A DNA stretch of 64,000 nt from Deltaproteobacteria bacterium (GCA_040218735.1 JAVJQW010000017.1:224001-288000), one strand, 5' to 3'; counted from the first letter of the stretch, positions 19,052-30,943 are shown. A program made the numbers and translations. The notes: generated by a model not told the origin, from the letters alone.

Positions 19052-20593
19052 ATGACCGGAGTGATCCACCCGCAACCCCCACCACCCCAGCGCCCCTGGC
19101 TCCCGATCGCGGTCGTCATGGCGCTGCTGATCGTGGCCGGCAACATCGTCGGGTACATCCTCTACGCCAAGCCCGACCCCACGCAGCCCACGCCCGCCGC
19201 GTCGGTGACCGCGCCGCCCGAGCGCGACACCCCCGACGAGCCGAAGACCACACCCACCACCTCGCTCGCCGAAGAGCAACGCGAGGCCGGCGTCCGCGCG
19301 CTGCGTGAAGGCAAGTACGCCAAGGCGATCGCGAGCTTCGAAGCCGCGATCAAGCTCGACCCGAAGGTCGCCGACGCCGCGGTCCTCCTCGACGTCGCGA
19401 AGAACCTCCAGGAGGCGGAGGCTCAGGACGAAATCGCCGACGAGACCGAGACCGTCGCCGAGGTGACGCCCCAACCGCGCACCGAGCCGACCCGCCGCCG
19501 TCGTGTCCGGCGAACGCCGCGACGCCGCCGACGTGTGCAGCGCGAGGTCTCGGTCGAGCCCGAGACCGGGATGCTCGCGGTGACGACGGTGCCCGCTGCG
19601 CTGACCGTCGAGGTCGACGACTTCGATCCGCAGACCTCGCCGGTGGAGCTCGACCTCGAACCCGGCCCGCACGACGTCCGCATCCTGAAGGACGGCGAGG
19701 TCCTCGAGACACAGCGCGTGGTGATCAACGCCGACCAGCGCACGAAGATCGAACGCGACTTCTCCGGTCGACTCGCGCGCGCCGCCGCGCCGCCGCCGCC
19801 TCCGCCCGCCGCGCCGCCGCCGCCGACCGACGGCGTGAGCAAGGACGAGGAGCTGGATCTCGTGGCGCTCCTCGATCGCGACCAGCCCAAGGAGACACCC
19901 GCGGCGCGCACGACCACCACGGAGACCCCGACGCGGGACGGGAGCGCGCTGACGCCCACACCCGCCGCGGCGTCCCCGCGGCTCGTGGTGTTCTGGCCGG
20001 GCCGTTCGAGCTCGACGCTGGAGCAGTCGATGCGCTCCGAGATGGGGGGCGTCGACGTCCGCGTCGTGACGCGCACCGGCGATCTGCGGCGTGCGCTGTC
20101 GTCGCCGACCGACGCGGTGATGGCGTCGCCGTACGTGCTGCGGAGCAACGGGCTCGCGCCGTCGATGTCGGCGAAGGCCAACGGGTCGGGCCGCTACTTC
20201 GCGGTGTCGCTCGAACAGACGCCGGTGAAGGCGCAGATCGCCAACCAGACGATCGGCGTCGTCGACGAGCTCGGACGCAATGCGATGCCCGCCTTCGTGC
20301 AGAAGCTGCTCGGGAGCTCACGCCAGCCGCGGCTGCGACGCGTGACGAAGGTGGAGGATCTCCTCCCGCTGTTGCAGTTCTCGATTGCGAAGACCGTCCT
20401 GGTCAAGGAACGTGACTTCTCCGTGCTCGAGAAGCGCACGCAGCGAAAGCTCCACACGTTGCCGCTCAGCGCGAGCGCGACGCCGCTCGCGGTCGCGTTC
20501 GCGGACGGCGGGCGACGCGCGGTCGTGGAGCGCGCGGTGCGCGGCATGGGTAATCAGTCGAAGCAGTCATTGGGGGTGGATTCGTGGCGCTGA
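19052..20593 (+). CDS. Membrane-anchored TPR + PEGA domain protein with C-terminal periplasmic-binding-like domain
   Basis: ATG at 19052 after GAGGAG; TM, single TPR (EGKYAKAIASFEAAIKLDP), PEGA (GMLAVTTVPAA...LEPGPHDVRI), Pro-rich linker. Confidence 0.8.
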   Translation: MTGVIHPQPPPPQRPWLPIAVVMALLIVAGNIVGYILYAKPDPTQPTPAASVTAPPERDTPDEPKTTPTTSLAEEQREAGVRALREGKYAKAIASFEAAIKLDPKVADAAVLLDVAKNLQEAEAQDEIADETETVAEVTPQPRTEPTRRRRVRRTPRRRRRVQREVSVEPETGMLAVTTVPAALTVEVDDFDPQTSPVELDLEPGPHDVRILKDGEVLETQRVVINADQRTKIERDFSGRLARAAAPPPPPPAAPPPPTDGVSKDEELDLVALLDRDQPKETPAARTTTTETPTRDGSALTPTPAAASPRLVVFWPGRSSSTLEQSMRSEMGGVDVRVVTRTGDLRRALSSPTDAVMASPYVLRSNGLAPSMSAKANGSGRYFAVSLEQTPVKAQIANQTIGVVDELGRNAMPAFVQKLLGSSRQPRLRRVTKVEDLLPLLQFSIAKTVLVKERDFSVLEKRTQRKLHTLPLSASATPLAVAFADGGRRAVVERAVRGMGNQSKQSLGVDSWR

Positions 20594-21588
20594 AGCGCAT
20601 CGTCATCGTAGCGGCGCTCGCAGCCTTGGCTGCCTGCGCGCCCAAGCGAACGGAGCGCGAGAGCTCCTTCGCGGACCTCCAGTTCGCACGGCGTGCAGAG
20701 GTCCCCGCCATCCTGACCTTGATGCCGGACTCCCCGTCGGCGCGCGCGACGTACGACGGCATGGTCGACGAGCTCGGCGCCGACTTCGACCTCGTCCCGC
20801 GCATCGTGACGCGCAAGACGTCCGTCGAGGAGCTCGCGCAGATCATCGGCGACGTGAAGCCGAAGGCGATCGTCGTGATGAACAACCCGACGCTGCGTCT
20901 GTACCGGCAGTATCAAATCGCCCGGCCCGCGGCGAAGCGCACGCCGGTGATCGCGGTGCTGACCTCGTTCCTGCGTGAGTCCTCCGAGGGCGTGCAGAAC
21001 CTGACCGGCGTCATCTACGAAGTCCCGCTCGTCACGAGCCTCGTCAACCTGCGCACGATCCTGAAGCAGCCGCTGAAGCGCGTCGGCGTCCTCCACCGGC
21101 CGATCTTCGGGAAGTTCATCGAAGAGCAGCGCAAGCTCGCGCAGACGGAGGGCTTCGAGCTGGTTGGCATCGAGGTCTCCGGCAAGAAGCGCTCCGAGAT
21201 CCGCGAAGGCCTGCGCGACCTCCGCAACGAGAAGGGCGTCGACGCCATCTGGGTGCTGAACGACAACGTCCTCCTCGACCGCGAGATGCTCCGCAAGGGC
21301 TGGCTGCCCGCGCTGCGCCGCAACCGCACGCCGGTCGTCGTGAACGTCCGCTCGCTCCTCTCGCGCGACGTGGACTTCGGGACCTTCGCCGTCCTCCCGG
21401 ACCACAACGCCCTCGGCACGCAGGCCGGGCAGCTGATCGGCAACATCGCCGCCACCAACTGGCAGGTCGACGGCGCCGGGTTCGAGTATCCGCTCTCCGT
21501 CGAGAAGGTCCTCGACGTCACGTTCGCGCGCCGCTACCTCGAGATCGAGGAGCAGCAGCTCGCCACCATCGACCAGCTCGTCGAGTAG
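20584..21588 (+). CDS. ABC-type substrate-binding-like lipoprotein
   Basis: Lipobox LAAC; NLTGVIYEVP, KRVGVL, VDAIWVLND and DHNALGTQAG pattern of ABC_sub_bind proteins; no permease or ATPase gene nearby. Confidence 0.75.
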   Translation: MALKRIVIVAALAALAACAPKRTERESSFADLQFARRAEVPAILTLMPDSPSARATYDGMVDELGADFDLVPRIVTRKTSVEELAQIIGDVKPKAIVVMNNPTLRLYRQYQIARPAAKRTPVIAVLTSFLRESSEGVQNLTGVIYEVPLVTSLVNLRTILKQPLKRVGVLHRPIFGKFIEEQRKLAQTEGFELVGIEVSGKKRSEIREGLRDLRNEKGVDAIWVLNDNVLLDREMLRKGWLPALRRNRTPVVVNVRSLLSRDVDFGTFAVLPDHNALGTQAGQLIGNIAATNWQVDGAGFEYPLSVEKVLDVTFARRYLEIEEQQLATIDQLVE

Positions 21589-23127
21589 TCAACGCTTCGA
21601 GGCCGACGTCTCGCGGCCGATCTTGCGTTCGTCCAGCCGACGAATCGCGTCGAACAGCGCCGCCTGCGTCGCCACGCCCACACCCGACGGGAGCTCCGCG
21701 TCGGCGGCGGCGCGGGAGAAACGTGCGCGGCCCTCCGTCAGCGGGACGAGCGCGACGAGACCGCGCACCACGGAGCGACTCACGGCCATCGCGACGGCGC
21801 CGACGTCGACCTCCTCGGCCTCGCAGATCGCACGAAGCCCTTCGAGGTCCGGCTCGTCGTCGTCGGCGCGCTCCGCGAGCGCCTTGTCGACGCCGAGACC
21901 GCCGAGCCGCTCCGCGAGCGAGAGGCCCCCGGGCAGCGACACCGCGAGCAGGAGGCCGGCGTTCATCGTGACGCGCGCGACGCCCTCCTCCATCGTCAGC
22001 TCCAACACTCCAGACGATCCGTTCTGCGCGAGGAACTCGAGCAGCTCGGGGAGGGAGAAGATCTTCAGGTCGACGTCGAGCTCGTTGGACTCGGGCACCG
22101 ACGACTGTTTGCCGCTCACCGCGCCGAGCACGTCGGAGAGCACGGCGCGAACCTCGGGGTCGTTCGGTTCGTCGGCCGCCGCGCGGAGCAGGTGGGTCGC
22201 GGCTTCCTCGTTGCGACCGACACGCGCGAGCGCGCGACCGAAGTGGAACGCGCTCCGCGGCGGCGGCGGCGAAGAAGAGATCGCGCGGCTGAAGGCGTCG
22301 AGGGCGTCCGTGTTCCGGCCGAGCGCCTCCATCGCGATCCCACGCTGCAGCGCCACCAACCCCGACGTCGAATGTTCACCCTCGAGGTTCGCCAACGCCG
22401 CGAGCGCGGCGTCCGGGCGACCACACGCGTTGAACCCGACCGCGAGCCGCACGGCGTTCGGCGGGTTCACGACGCCCACGCGTTGCGCGGCGTCGAGCGC
22501 CGCGGTCGCGCGAGCCACGTCGCCCTCCGCGAGCGCGGTCTCCGCGAGCGCGAGGGCGGTCTCCGCGTCCTCGGGCTCCATCGCGAAGAGCTGTTCGAGC
22601 AACGTCCGTGCGCGGGCGATGTCCCCGGTGCGACGGTGCAGGTCGGCGGCGAGGCGCAGCTCCTCCTCCGTCGCGGTCCCCTCCGCGGCGCGCTCGGCGT
22701 GCGGGAGCGCCTCGTCGAAACGCTCTTGTGCATAGAGCGCGCGAGCGAGTGATGCGTGCAGTGCACGATCGTTCGGCAGATGAATGAGCCCGCGTCGCGC
22801 TTCCATCTCGGCGGCTTCCGGCTCGCGATCGCGCAGCCACACGCGGCTCAACGACAGCTCACCCCCACCGAAGCCGGGCGCGAGCCGGCAGACCTGGCGA
22901 TACGCGTCCACCGCGCCGTCGATCGCCTCCGCGCGCTCCAGGGTTCGGCCGATCTCCAGCCACACCGAAGCGTCACCCTTCGCGACGCCGGCCGCGCGCT
23001 GCAGCACGTGACGTCCGGGGTGCAACGCACCACCGTCGATCAACGCACGCGCGAGATCGAGCCACGGCCACGGATCGTCGGGGGACGTCTCCGCGGTCCG
23101 CGCGAGGTCTTCGAGCTGATCGGACAC
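21589..23127 (-). CDS. TPR-repeat protein with C-terminal DUF4388-like domain
   Basis: Multiple TPR-like helix pairs; DLKIFSLPELLEFLAQNGSSGVLEL...LFDAIRRLDE resembles DUF4388/PATAN. Confidence 0.8.
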   Translation of the reverse strand: MSDQLEDLARTAETSPDDPWPWLDLARALIDGGALHPGRHVLQRAAGVAKGDASVWLEIGRTLERAEAIDGAVDAYRQVCRLAPGFGGGELSLSRVWLRDREPEAAEMEARRGLIHLPNDRALHASLARALYAQERFDEALPHAERAAEGTATEEELRLAADLHRRTGDIARARTLLEQLFAMEPEDAETALALAETALAEGDVARATAALDAAQRVGVVNPPNAVRLAVGFNACGRPDAALAALANLEGEHSTSGLVALQRGIAMEALGRNTDALDAFSRAISSSPPPPRSAFHFGRALARVGRNEEAATHLLRAAADEPNDPEVRAVLSDVLGAVSGKQSSVPESNELDVDLKIFSLPELLEFLAQNGSSGVLELTMEEGVARVTMNAGLLLAVSLPGGLSLAERLGGLGVDKALAERADDDEPDLEGLRAICEAEEVDVGAVAMAVSRSVVRGLVALVPLTEGRARFSRAAADAELPSGVGVATQAALFDAIRRLDERKIGRETSASKR

Positions 23128-23254
23128 CGGCGGCGCACCTTAACAACGGGAGCGCACCCGGCGGAAGCGCGGGATCGCACGCGCCAGGTGGGTGTTCGGT
23201 TTTGTCGCTAGTCCGTGGTTTTCCGCAAGTGATCTTGCGGCCGGCCCCCCGGCC

Positions 23255-25270
<2,016 letters not shown>

Positions 25271-25340
25271 GGTTCGCCTCCTAGTACGGGGGCGATTTCG
25301 CTGGCAAGAACGCCGCGCCTTGGTGATGCTGGACGCCCGG

Positions 25341-26936
25341 ATGCGCCTCGCTATCGCCGTCATGGTGGGGCTGGCCGTCGTAGCCACCGTGCTCGTGCCC
25401 CAGCCCGTCCAGGCCCAGGACTGGACCTCGATCCGCGGGATCCGCGTGGTCGCCAACGTGCGAGGCAAGGATCGGCGCTACAGGAACGCCGTGGGGCGCC
25501 CGATCCGGCGCCGGCTCGTGGAGGCGATCGGGCCGCTGGTCCCCTCCCGAGAGTTCGAACGCGCGAAGAAGAAGCTGCGCCTGCGCGGCGTCCGCGCAAA
25601 CAGCCCGAAGAACCTCGCCCGCGTCGGCCTCGAGCTCGGCGCCGAGCACATCATCGACGTGTACGTGAAGCGCCGCCGCCGGGGCGCCGAGGTCCGCACG
25701 CGGATCGTCGACGTCGCGACGTCCGAGATCGCGTTCGAGCAGCGGACCAGCCTGAAGAGCGTGAAACGCGAAGCCAAGAAGGCCGGCCGCGACATCGGCA
25801 CCGAGGTCATCGCGAAGCTCCAGGAGATCACGAACGCCTACGGCGGCTCCGTGACCGCGTCCGCGCCACCGCCTTCCCCGCCTCCTCCCCCGCCGGCCGA
25901 GGACGAGCCCGCGCCGTTCGCGGGTGACCCGGCCGTCCTGCCCGAGACCCGCATCACCGCGAGCCCAGAGCCACCGCCTCCGCCGCCCGCCGGCGGGGAC
26001 CCGTACGCGGGGATCGACGACCCGATCGCGCCGTCCGTGTCGACCGAGAAGAAGGACGAAGGCGGCGTGAAGTGGTTCTCGCCGAAGGGTGAGGAGCAGG
26101 CCCCGCCCCCGACCAACACCGCGTCGCTCGACGATCCGCCACCGCCGACCGAAGGCGGCGCGAAGCGGGTGTGGTTCGAGCCGCCGCCGCCCGAAGAGAC
26201 GGAGCCCTCCGAGTTCGTGCGCGTCGGGGTGCAGGGAGGCGCAGGGGTCCTGCGCAGTTACACCCTCGCGACGAACGAGGGTTCATCGGCGCTGTCGTAC
26301 ACACTCGATCCGCTGAGCATGCTCGCGTTCGACTTCGAGCTGATCGTCCCGAAGGCCAACGTCGGTCTGCGCATCGACGCGGCGTTCCGTCCGGTCGCCT
26401 ACTCGATCGATCGCGGGGAGGACGGCACCACGTTCCCGTCGGGCCTGCTGATCGACTTCATGGGCGCCGTGAACTACCACGCGGAGGTCCTCGGCTCCGG
26501 ACGCAACGCGCTGAAGGTCATCCCGAACGCGGGCGTGCGCGTGGCGGCCGCCAACGTCGAGCAACACGCGGGCAACATCATCCCGTCGGCGACGGGCGTC
26601 GGTGTGTTCATCGGCACGGACGTGCGCTACCCGATCAACGACCTCTTCGAGGTCGAGGGCGGCGCGTTCTTCGGCTTGGTGGTGGCGTACGACGAGACGC
26701 CCCTCGCGTCGGGGAACGCCAACGGTGGCTTCACGGCCGGCGGGCGCGTCGGGATGCGCGTCTGGGTCACGCCGTACTTGGGCATCACGTTCGACAACGT
26801 GCTGAGCTACGACGCGATCTCGTTCTCGGACTCACCCGAGCGGCCCCTCCCCCCAGACGAGGAGGGTCGGATATCGGACGCCTCGATCACGATCTTCGAT
26901 GTACGATCTTCCGCGGGCATCGCGTTCCGCTTCTGA
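25341..26936 (+). CDS. Exported Pro-rich protein with probable C-terminal outer-membrane beta-barrel
   Basis: Signal peptide (VQA-QDW), basic N-domain, poly-Pro linker, amphipathic strands ending GIAFRF. Confidence 0.7.
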   Translation: MRLAIAVMVGLAVVATVLVPQPVQAQDWTSIRGIRVVANVRGKDRRYRNAVGRPIRRRLVEAIGPLVPSREFERAKKKLRLRGVRANSPKNLARVGLELGAEHIIDVYVKRRRRGAEVRTRIVDVATSEIAFEQRTSLKSVKREAKKAGRDIGTEVIAKLQEITNAYGGSVTASAPPPSPPPPPPAEDEPAPFAGDPAVLPETRITASPEPPPPPPAGGDPYAGIDDPIAPSVSTEKKDEGGVKWFSPKGEEQAPPPTNTASLDDPPPPTEGGAKRVWFEPPPPEETEPSEFVRVGVQGGAGVLRSYTLATNEGSSALSYTLDPLSMLAFDFELIVPKANVGLRIDAAFRPVAYSIDRGEDGTTFPSGLLIDFMGAVNYHAEVLGSGRNALKVIPNAGVRVAAANVEQHAGNIIPSATGVGVFIGTDVRYPINDLFEVEGGAFFGLVVAYDETPLASGNANGGFTAGGRVGMRVWVTPYLGITFDNVLSYDAISFSDSPERPLPPDEEGRISDASITIFDVRSSAGIAFRF

Positions 26937-26946
26937 GCTCTTCGTC

Positions 26947-28350
26947 ATGCGTTCTCTTCGTCTCGTCCTCGCGCCCCTGCTCTGCGCCTTCGCCGTCCCG
27001 GCGCAGGCGGCGCCAGTGATCGCGTTCGGCGATAGCTGGGGCAATCAGAGCTGGCCCGACCTGCAGGCGGCGCTCTCGGCCGCGGGGTACCCGACGCTCT
27101 CCGTCGCGAACCACTCGATCGACGGCACGACGGCGCTCGAGTACGCGACGACGCAGTCCGGGATGATCACGAGCGCGCTGCAGCTCAACCCGGACGCGGA
27201 GTGGATCTATCTGTCGATCGGCGGCAACGACCTCTTCAACCACTACATGGCCGGCAACCCCGGGACGTCGGTCGCGGCGAACGACGCCAACATTCGGACG
27301 ATGCTCGACCAGATCTTCGCCGAGCGCCCGGACATCCGCGTGGTGCAGTTCGGCTACGACCGAACGAACTTCGTGCAGAGCGCGGCGTGCATGACGCAGG
27401 CGGAGCAGTTCTTCGGCGCCGGGATCACGCAGGCGCAGATCAACCAGATCAACGAGACCGAGCTCGGCACCGTGTTCAGCGCGATGGAGGCGAGCTACCC
27501 GAACTACACGTACATCCCGCTGTGGGGGACGCTCCAGGCCGCGGCCGGGGCGCCGGTCACGCAGAACGACCCGAGCCCCGTGCAGTACATGGTCGACTGC
27601 TTCCACCTCAACTCGAACGGGTACCGCATCGTGCACGACGAGCTCGTCGCGAACTACTGGGACTCGTTCACGCCGCCCACCGCGGTGTTCGGCGACGACG
27701 GCACGGACCGGTGCGTGGGCAACACGATCACGTTCACGAGCCAGAGCACCGGCAACACCCGCGTGCGGTGGTTCGTCGACGGCGTCGACAGCGGCACGAA
27801 CAACACCCTCGCGGTGAACATGACGACGGCGGGCAACGTCGACGTCTCGCTGAGCGCGTTCAACGAGGTGTGGTCCGACACCGTGTCGCAGACGATCGTC
27901 GTCGACCCGTGCCGTGACGCCGGCTTCCCGCGCGACGCCGGAACGCCGGACGCCGGCTTCCGCGACGGCGGCGTCCCGGACGGCGGCTTCGTCGACGCGG
28001 GCTTCCGCGACGGCGGCGACCGCGACGGCGGTGACGTCATGCGCGACGGCGGCGACCGCGACGGCGGCGACCGCGACGGCGGCGGGGCCCCGCGTGACGG
28101 CGGCGCGGTGGTGCGCGACGGCGGCACCGTGTCCCCCGGCCGCGACGCCGGTTTCACCGGGCCGGGTCGCGACGGCGGATCGACCACGACGCCGAGCATC
28201 GGCGGCGACTCCTGGGAGCTCGGCGGCGGCTGTTCGTCGTCGGGGGGCGACGCGACGCTCTGGAGCCTGTTGGTCTTGCTCGGTCTCGGGCTCAGCCGCG
28301 CATCCGCGCTTCGATCTGCTCGGGCGTCAGCACCTCGACGATCGAAGTGA
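26947..28350 (+). CDS. SGNH/GDSL hydrolase with PKD-like domain, RDGG linker and MYXO-CTERM-like anchor
   Basis: Signal peptide; FGDSW, SIGGND and DCFH catalytic blocks; C-terminal GGCSSSGG + TM + basic tail. Confidence 0.85.
   Translation: MRSLRLVLAPLLCAFAVPAQAAPVIAFGDSWGNQSWPDLQAALSAAGYPTLSVANHSIDGTTALEYATTQSGMITSALQLNPDAEWIYLSIGGNDLFNHYMAGNPGTSVAANDANIRTMLDQIFAERPDIRVVQFGYDRTNFVQSAACMTQAEQFFGAGITQAQINQINETELGTVFSAMEASYPNYTYIPLWGTLQAAAGAPVTQNDPSPVQYMVDCFHLNSNGYRIVHDELVANYWDSFTPPTAVFGDDGTDRCVGNTITFTSQSTGNTRVRWFVDGVDSGTNNTLAVNMTTAGNVDVSLSAFNEVWSDTVSQTIVVDPCRDAGFPRDAGTPDAGFRDGGVPDGGFVDAGFRDGGDRDGGDVMRDGGDRDGGDRDGGGAPRDGGAVVRDGGTVSPGRDAGFTGPGRDGGSTTTPSIGGDSWELGGGCSSSGGDATLWSLLVLLGLGLSRASALRSARASAPRRSK
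27913..28179 (+). repeat. Coding (R)D[A/G]G low-complexity repeat, about 15 units
   Basis: RDAG/RDGG/DAG units in the linker of the GDSL protein. Confidence 0.9.
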
Positions 28351-28717
28351 GGATCCACAGGTGCCCGAAGGGGTCGCGGAAGCGGCCTTCGCGGTGCCCG
28401 TAGAACTGATCCGCGAGCGCGATGACCACCTCGCCACCCGCGGCGAGGAACCGTTCGACGAGCGCGTCGACATCATCCACGACGACGTTCAAAAGCACGG
28501 GCGAGCCACCGAGCGTCGGGGGCGCGGCGTTGCCCCAGACCTCGCGTTCCTGAGTGAGCGAGACGACCGCGTCGCCGATCCGAAACGCGGCGTGGACGAC
28601 GTGGCCGTCGGGCTCCGCGTAGCGCTCGAGGACTTCGGCGCCGAAGGCCTTTCCGTAGAAGGCGAGCGCGGCGTCCGCGTCCTGGACGACGAGGCGTGGG
28701 GTGAGTGCGACGTTCAT
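28292..28717 (-). CDS. VOC/glyoxalase (PhnB-like) family protein
   Basis: MNVALTPRLVVQDADAALAFYGKAFGA...DQFYGHREGRFRDPFGHLW. Confidence 0.9.
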   Translation of the reverse strand: MNVALTPRLVVQDADAALAFYGKAFGAEVLERYAEPDGHVVHAAFRIGDAVVSLTQEREVWGNAAPPTLGGSPVLLNVVVDDVDALVERFLAAGGEVVIALADQFYGHREGRFRDPFGHLWILTSIVEVLTPEQIEARMRG

Positions 28718-28764
28718 GTGCTCAGCCTGCCCGCACCCGGCCGCGCGCGTCTTGTAGAAAACGT

Positions 28765-29511
28765 TCAGCGCACGTGGTTCGGCGCGTGTTCGTCGCGCGG
28801 TCGGTAGGCGGTCGGCGATCGCTCCGCGAAGCGGCGGAACTCGTGGCACAGGTGCGCCTGGTCGGCGAAGCCACACGCCAACGCGACCTCGGCGAGGTCT
28901 TCGTTCGCCGCCACACGCTCCACCGCGCGTGAGAAGCGGCCGAGGCGCGCGTAGCGCTTGGGGGTGAGGCCGACGTGGCGATCGAAGGCCCGCACGACGG
29001 ACGAGCGACTGCGTCCGGTCGCATCGATCGTCGCCCTGACGGTCGCGCCGGCGTCGAGCTGCGCGGTCGCAAACCGAACGAGACGCGAGGGCGGAGTTTC
29101 GGCGTGCTTCGCGAGGGCGGCGTCGAAGGTCTCCAGCGCGGACGTCGGCGAATCGGACCCGACGAGCGCGGCCCACAGCGCTTCGGCGTCGTCCCACAGC
29201 TCGGCCAGCGGGACGTCGTGCTCCGTCAGCGCGCGCGCCGACACGCCGAGCAGCTCCGCGGCGGCGCCCGGCAGCAGGACGGCGCCGGCGATGCGACGCA
29301 TCGGCGCGGTCGCGATCGTCGCCGGCCGAGTGCGTGGTCCGGCCACCACGGGCGCGAGCAGCGCGTCGGTCTCCGCGCTGAGCCCCACGAGGATCTGCAC
29401 CCGCGAAGACGGGAGCACGGTCTCCGTCGTGTGCGCCACGTGCGTCGCGTCGAACCACAGGAAGTCGACGAACGGCGCGAGCCGCGGTGAAGGCTTCACC
29501 GTGAGGAACAC
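28765..29511 (-). CDS. AraC family transcriptional regulator
   Basis: PSPRLAPFV N-terminus; RAFDRHVGLTPKRYAR and ALACGFADQAHLCHEFRRF HTH motifs. Confidence 0.9.
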   Translation of the reverse strand: MFLTVKPSPRLAPFVDFLWFDATHVAHTTETVLPSSRVQILVGLSAETDALLAPVVAGPRTRPATIATAPMRRIAGAVLLPGAAAELLGVSARALTEHDVPLAELWDDAEALWAALVGSDSPTSALETFDAALAKHAETPPSRLVRFATAQLDAGATVRATIDATGRSRSSVVRAFDRHVGLTPKRYARLGRFSRAVERVAANEDLAEVALACGFADQAHLCHEFRRFAERSPTAYRPRDEHAPNHVR

Positions 29512-29550
29512 GGTTTCATCTTAGCGGAATCAGCGCGCGCATGAGGCCCG

Positions 29551-30324
29551 TTGTTGCGCGTCGTGCGTTCCGTCCTGCCCGTCGCGCTCCTCGCGTGTGC
29601 CTCCGTGCCTCCGCCCGAGACACCGGACGCGCTCCGCATCATGGGTTACAACGTGCTCTACGACGCGCCTTCGCCCGAGGCCTCGGTCGCGCTGATCGCG
29701 CGAGAAAATCCGGACATCGTCTGCCTTCGAGAGCTCCGTCCGCCGATGCTGAAGGTGTTCCGCGCCGAGCTCGGCGACCGTTACCCGCACGCGTTCGTTC
29801 GCGCGCGACGCTCCGGCACCTGGGGCGCGGCGATCTTTTCGAAACATCCACTGCGCGCGCGGCGCGTCTTCCCCGCGAAGCCGCATCGGCTCCCGGTGCT
29901 CGAGGCGACCGTGCGCGCGCCGAACGTCGGCGACGTGGTCGTCGCGTGTGTTCACCTCGTGCCGCCGTTCATGGCGCATGGTGCGTCGTCCGGTCCGATC
30001 GAAACACTCCAGCGCAACGACGCGCTGCGCACCCGGCAGGCGAAGCAGTTCGTGAAGCGCTACCGCGGTCGGTCACCGTTGGTCCTCGTCGGTGACTTCA
30101 ACGAGGAGGACGACGACGCGATGGAGACGCTCTACGCCGCCGGCTTCACCAACGCGTGTGACGACGCCGACTGCGCCGCGACCTGGCCCGGCGCCACTTC
30201 GTCGTGGCCCGCGGTCGTGCGCATCGATCACGTGCTCACGCGCGGGCTTCGTGTCGTCGCGGCGCACGTGCCCTCCGGTGGTGGCTCGGACCACCAACCG
30301 ATCGTGGCGGCCGTCGCACGTTAG
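29551..30324 (+). CDS. Endonuclease/exonuclease/phosphatase family lipoprotein
   Basis: Lipobox LLAC; MGYNV, DIVCLRE, VHL, GDFN, RIDHV and SDHQP motifs. Confidence 0.88.
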   Translation: MLRVVRSVLPVALLACASVPPPETPDALRIMGYNVLYDAPSPEASVALIARENPDIVCLRELRPPMLKVFRAELGDRYPHAFVRARRSGTWGAAIFSKHPLRARRVFPAKPHRLPVLEATVRAPNVGDVVVACVHLVPPFMAHGASSGPIETLQRNDALRTRQAKQFVKRYRGRSPLVLVGDFNEEDDDAMETLYAAGFTNACDDADCAATWPGATSSWPAVVRIDHVLTRGLRVVAAHVPSGGGSDHQPIVAAVAR

Positions 30325-30943
30325 AACCGCCCCATGACCGCCAAGCCCGAGCCGGCTTCGTCGGAAGAGAACGGCGCGACGGTGATGTCGCTGCGTGACA
30401 GATACGTCTCGTCGTTGTTCAGTCCGTAGATCGCGCTCACGAGACCGGCCGCTTGAACGAGGCCGTCGATGACGAGGATGAACGTGAAGCTGTCCGGTTC
30501 GCCTTGCTCGGGGCTGAGGGCCGCCTGACGAACGGTCCGAGCACGGGGAGATAGAGCCAACGGTGGGTGGTCTCGCGCGTGCCGCCGGCGTCGATCAACG
30601 ACGCGACGATGCCGCCCGCGAGGTAGAGCGCCGCGCTCGTGCCGAGGCCGGCTTCGATCAGCGTAGAACGTGACCGCGTCGCAACGTGGTAGCCGGCGGG
30701 GACCGAAACACCCTCTTCGTACGGGAGCTCGCGTGGGCCCTGCACCGGGGCCGCCGCCACCGGCGCGGGCGGCTCCTTCGGGCACTCACACTTCGAGAAC
30801 CGACGACCGTCGTCCTCACAGATCTGGATTCCGCGCTTGCCTCCGAGGCAAGCACACTCGGTTTGGGCCCCCGGAACGCAGAGGTTCGCGGGCAGCGTTG
30901 GGTTCTGGGTCGCAAGGAGGAGCAGCAGGTTCGTCAGTGCCAT
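30321..30943 (-). pseudogene. Frameshifted myxobacterial-type membrane protein (or sequencing error)
   Basis: The N-half (Cys-rich, ...WLYLPVLGPFV) and C-half (QAALS...LVIDGLVQAAG...GLAVMGRF) lie in different frames, with the junction near 30527. Confidence 0.7.

Noticed and set aside
23223-23254. Two hairpins after the M3 peptidase stop (CCGCAAG-tgat-CTTGCGG; GGCCGG-cccc-CCGGCC)
   Set aside because: There is no U-tract on the coding strand, so they are not called as a terminator or ncRNA.
27913-28179. Repeated CGCGACGGCGGC units as a possible CRISPR or non-coding array
   Set aside because: They are an in-frame RDGG protein linker with irregular spacing, no unique spacers and no cas genes.
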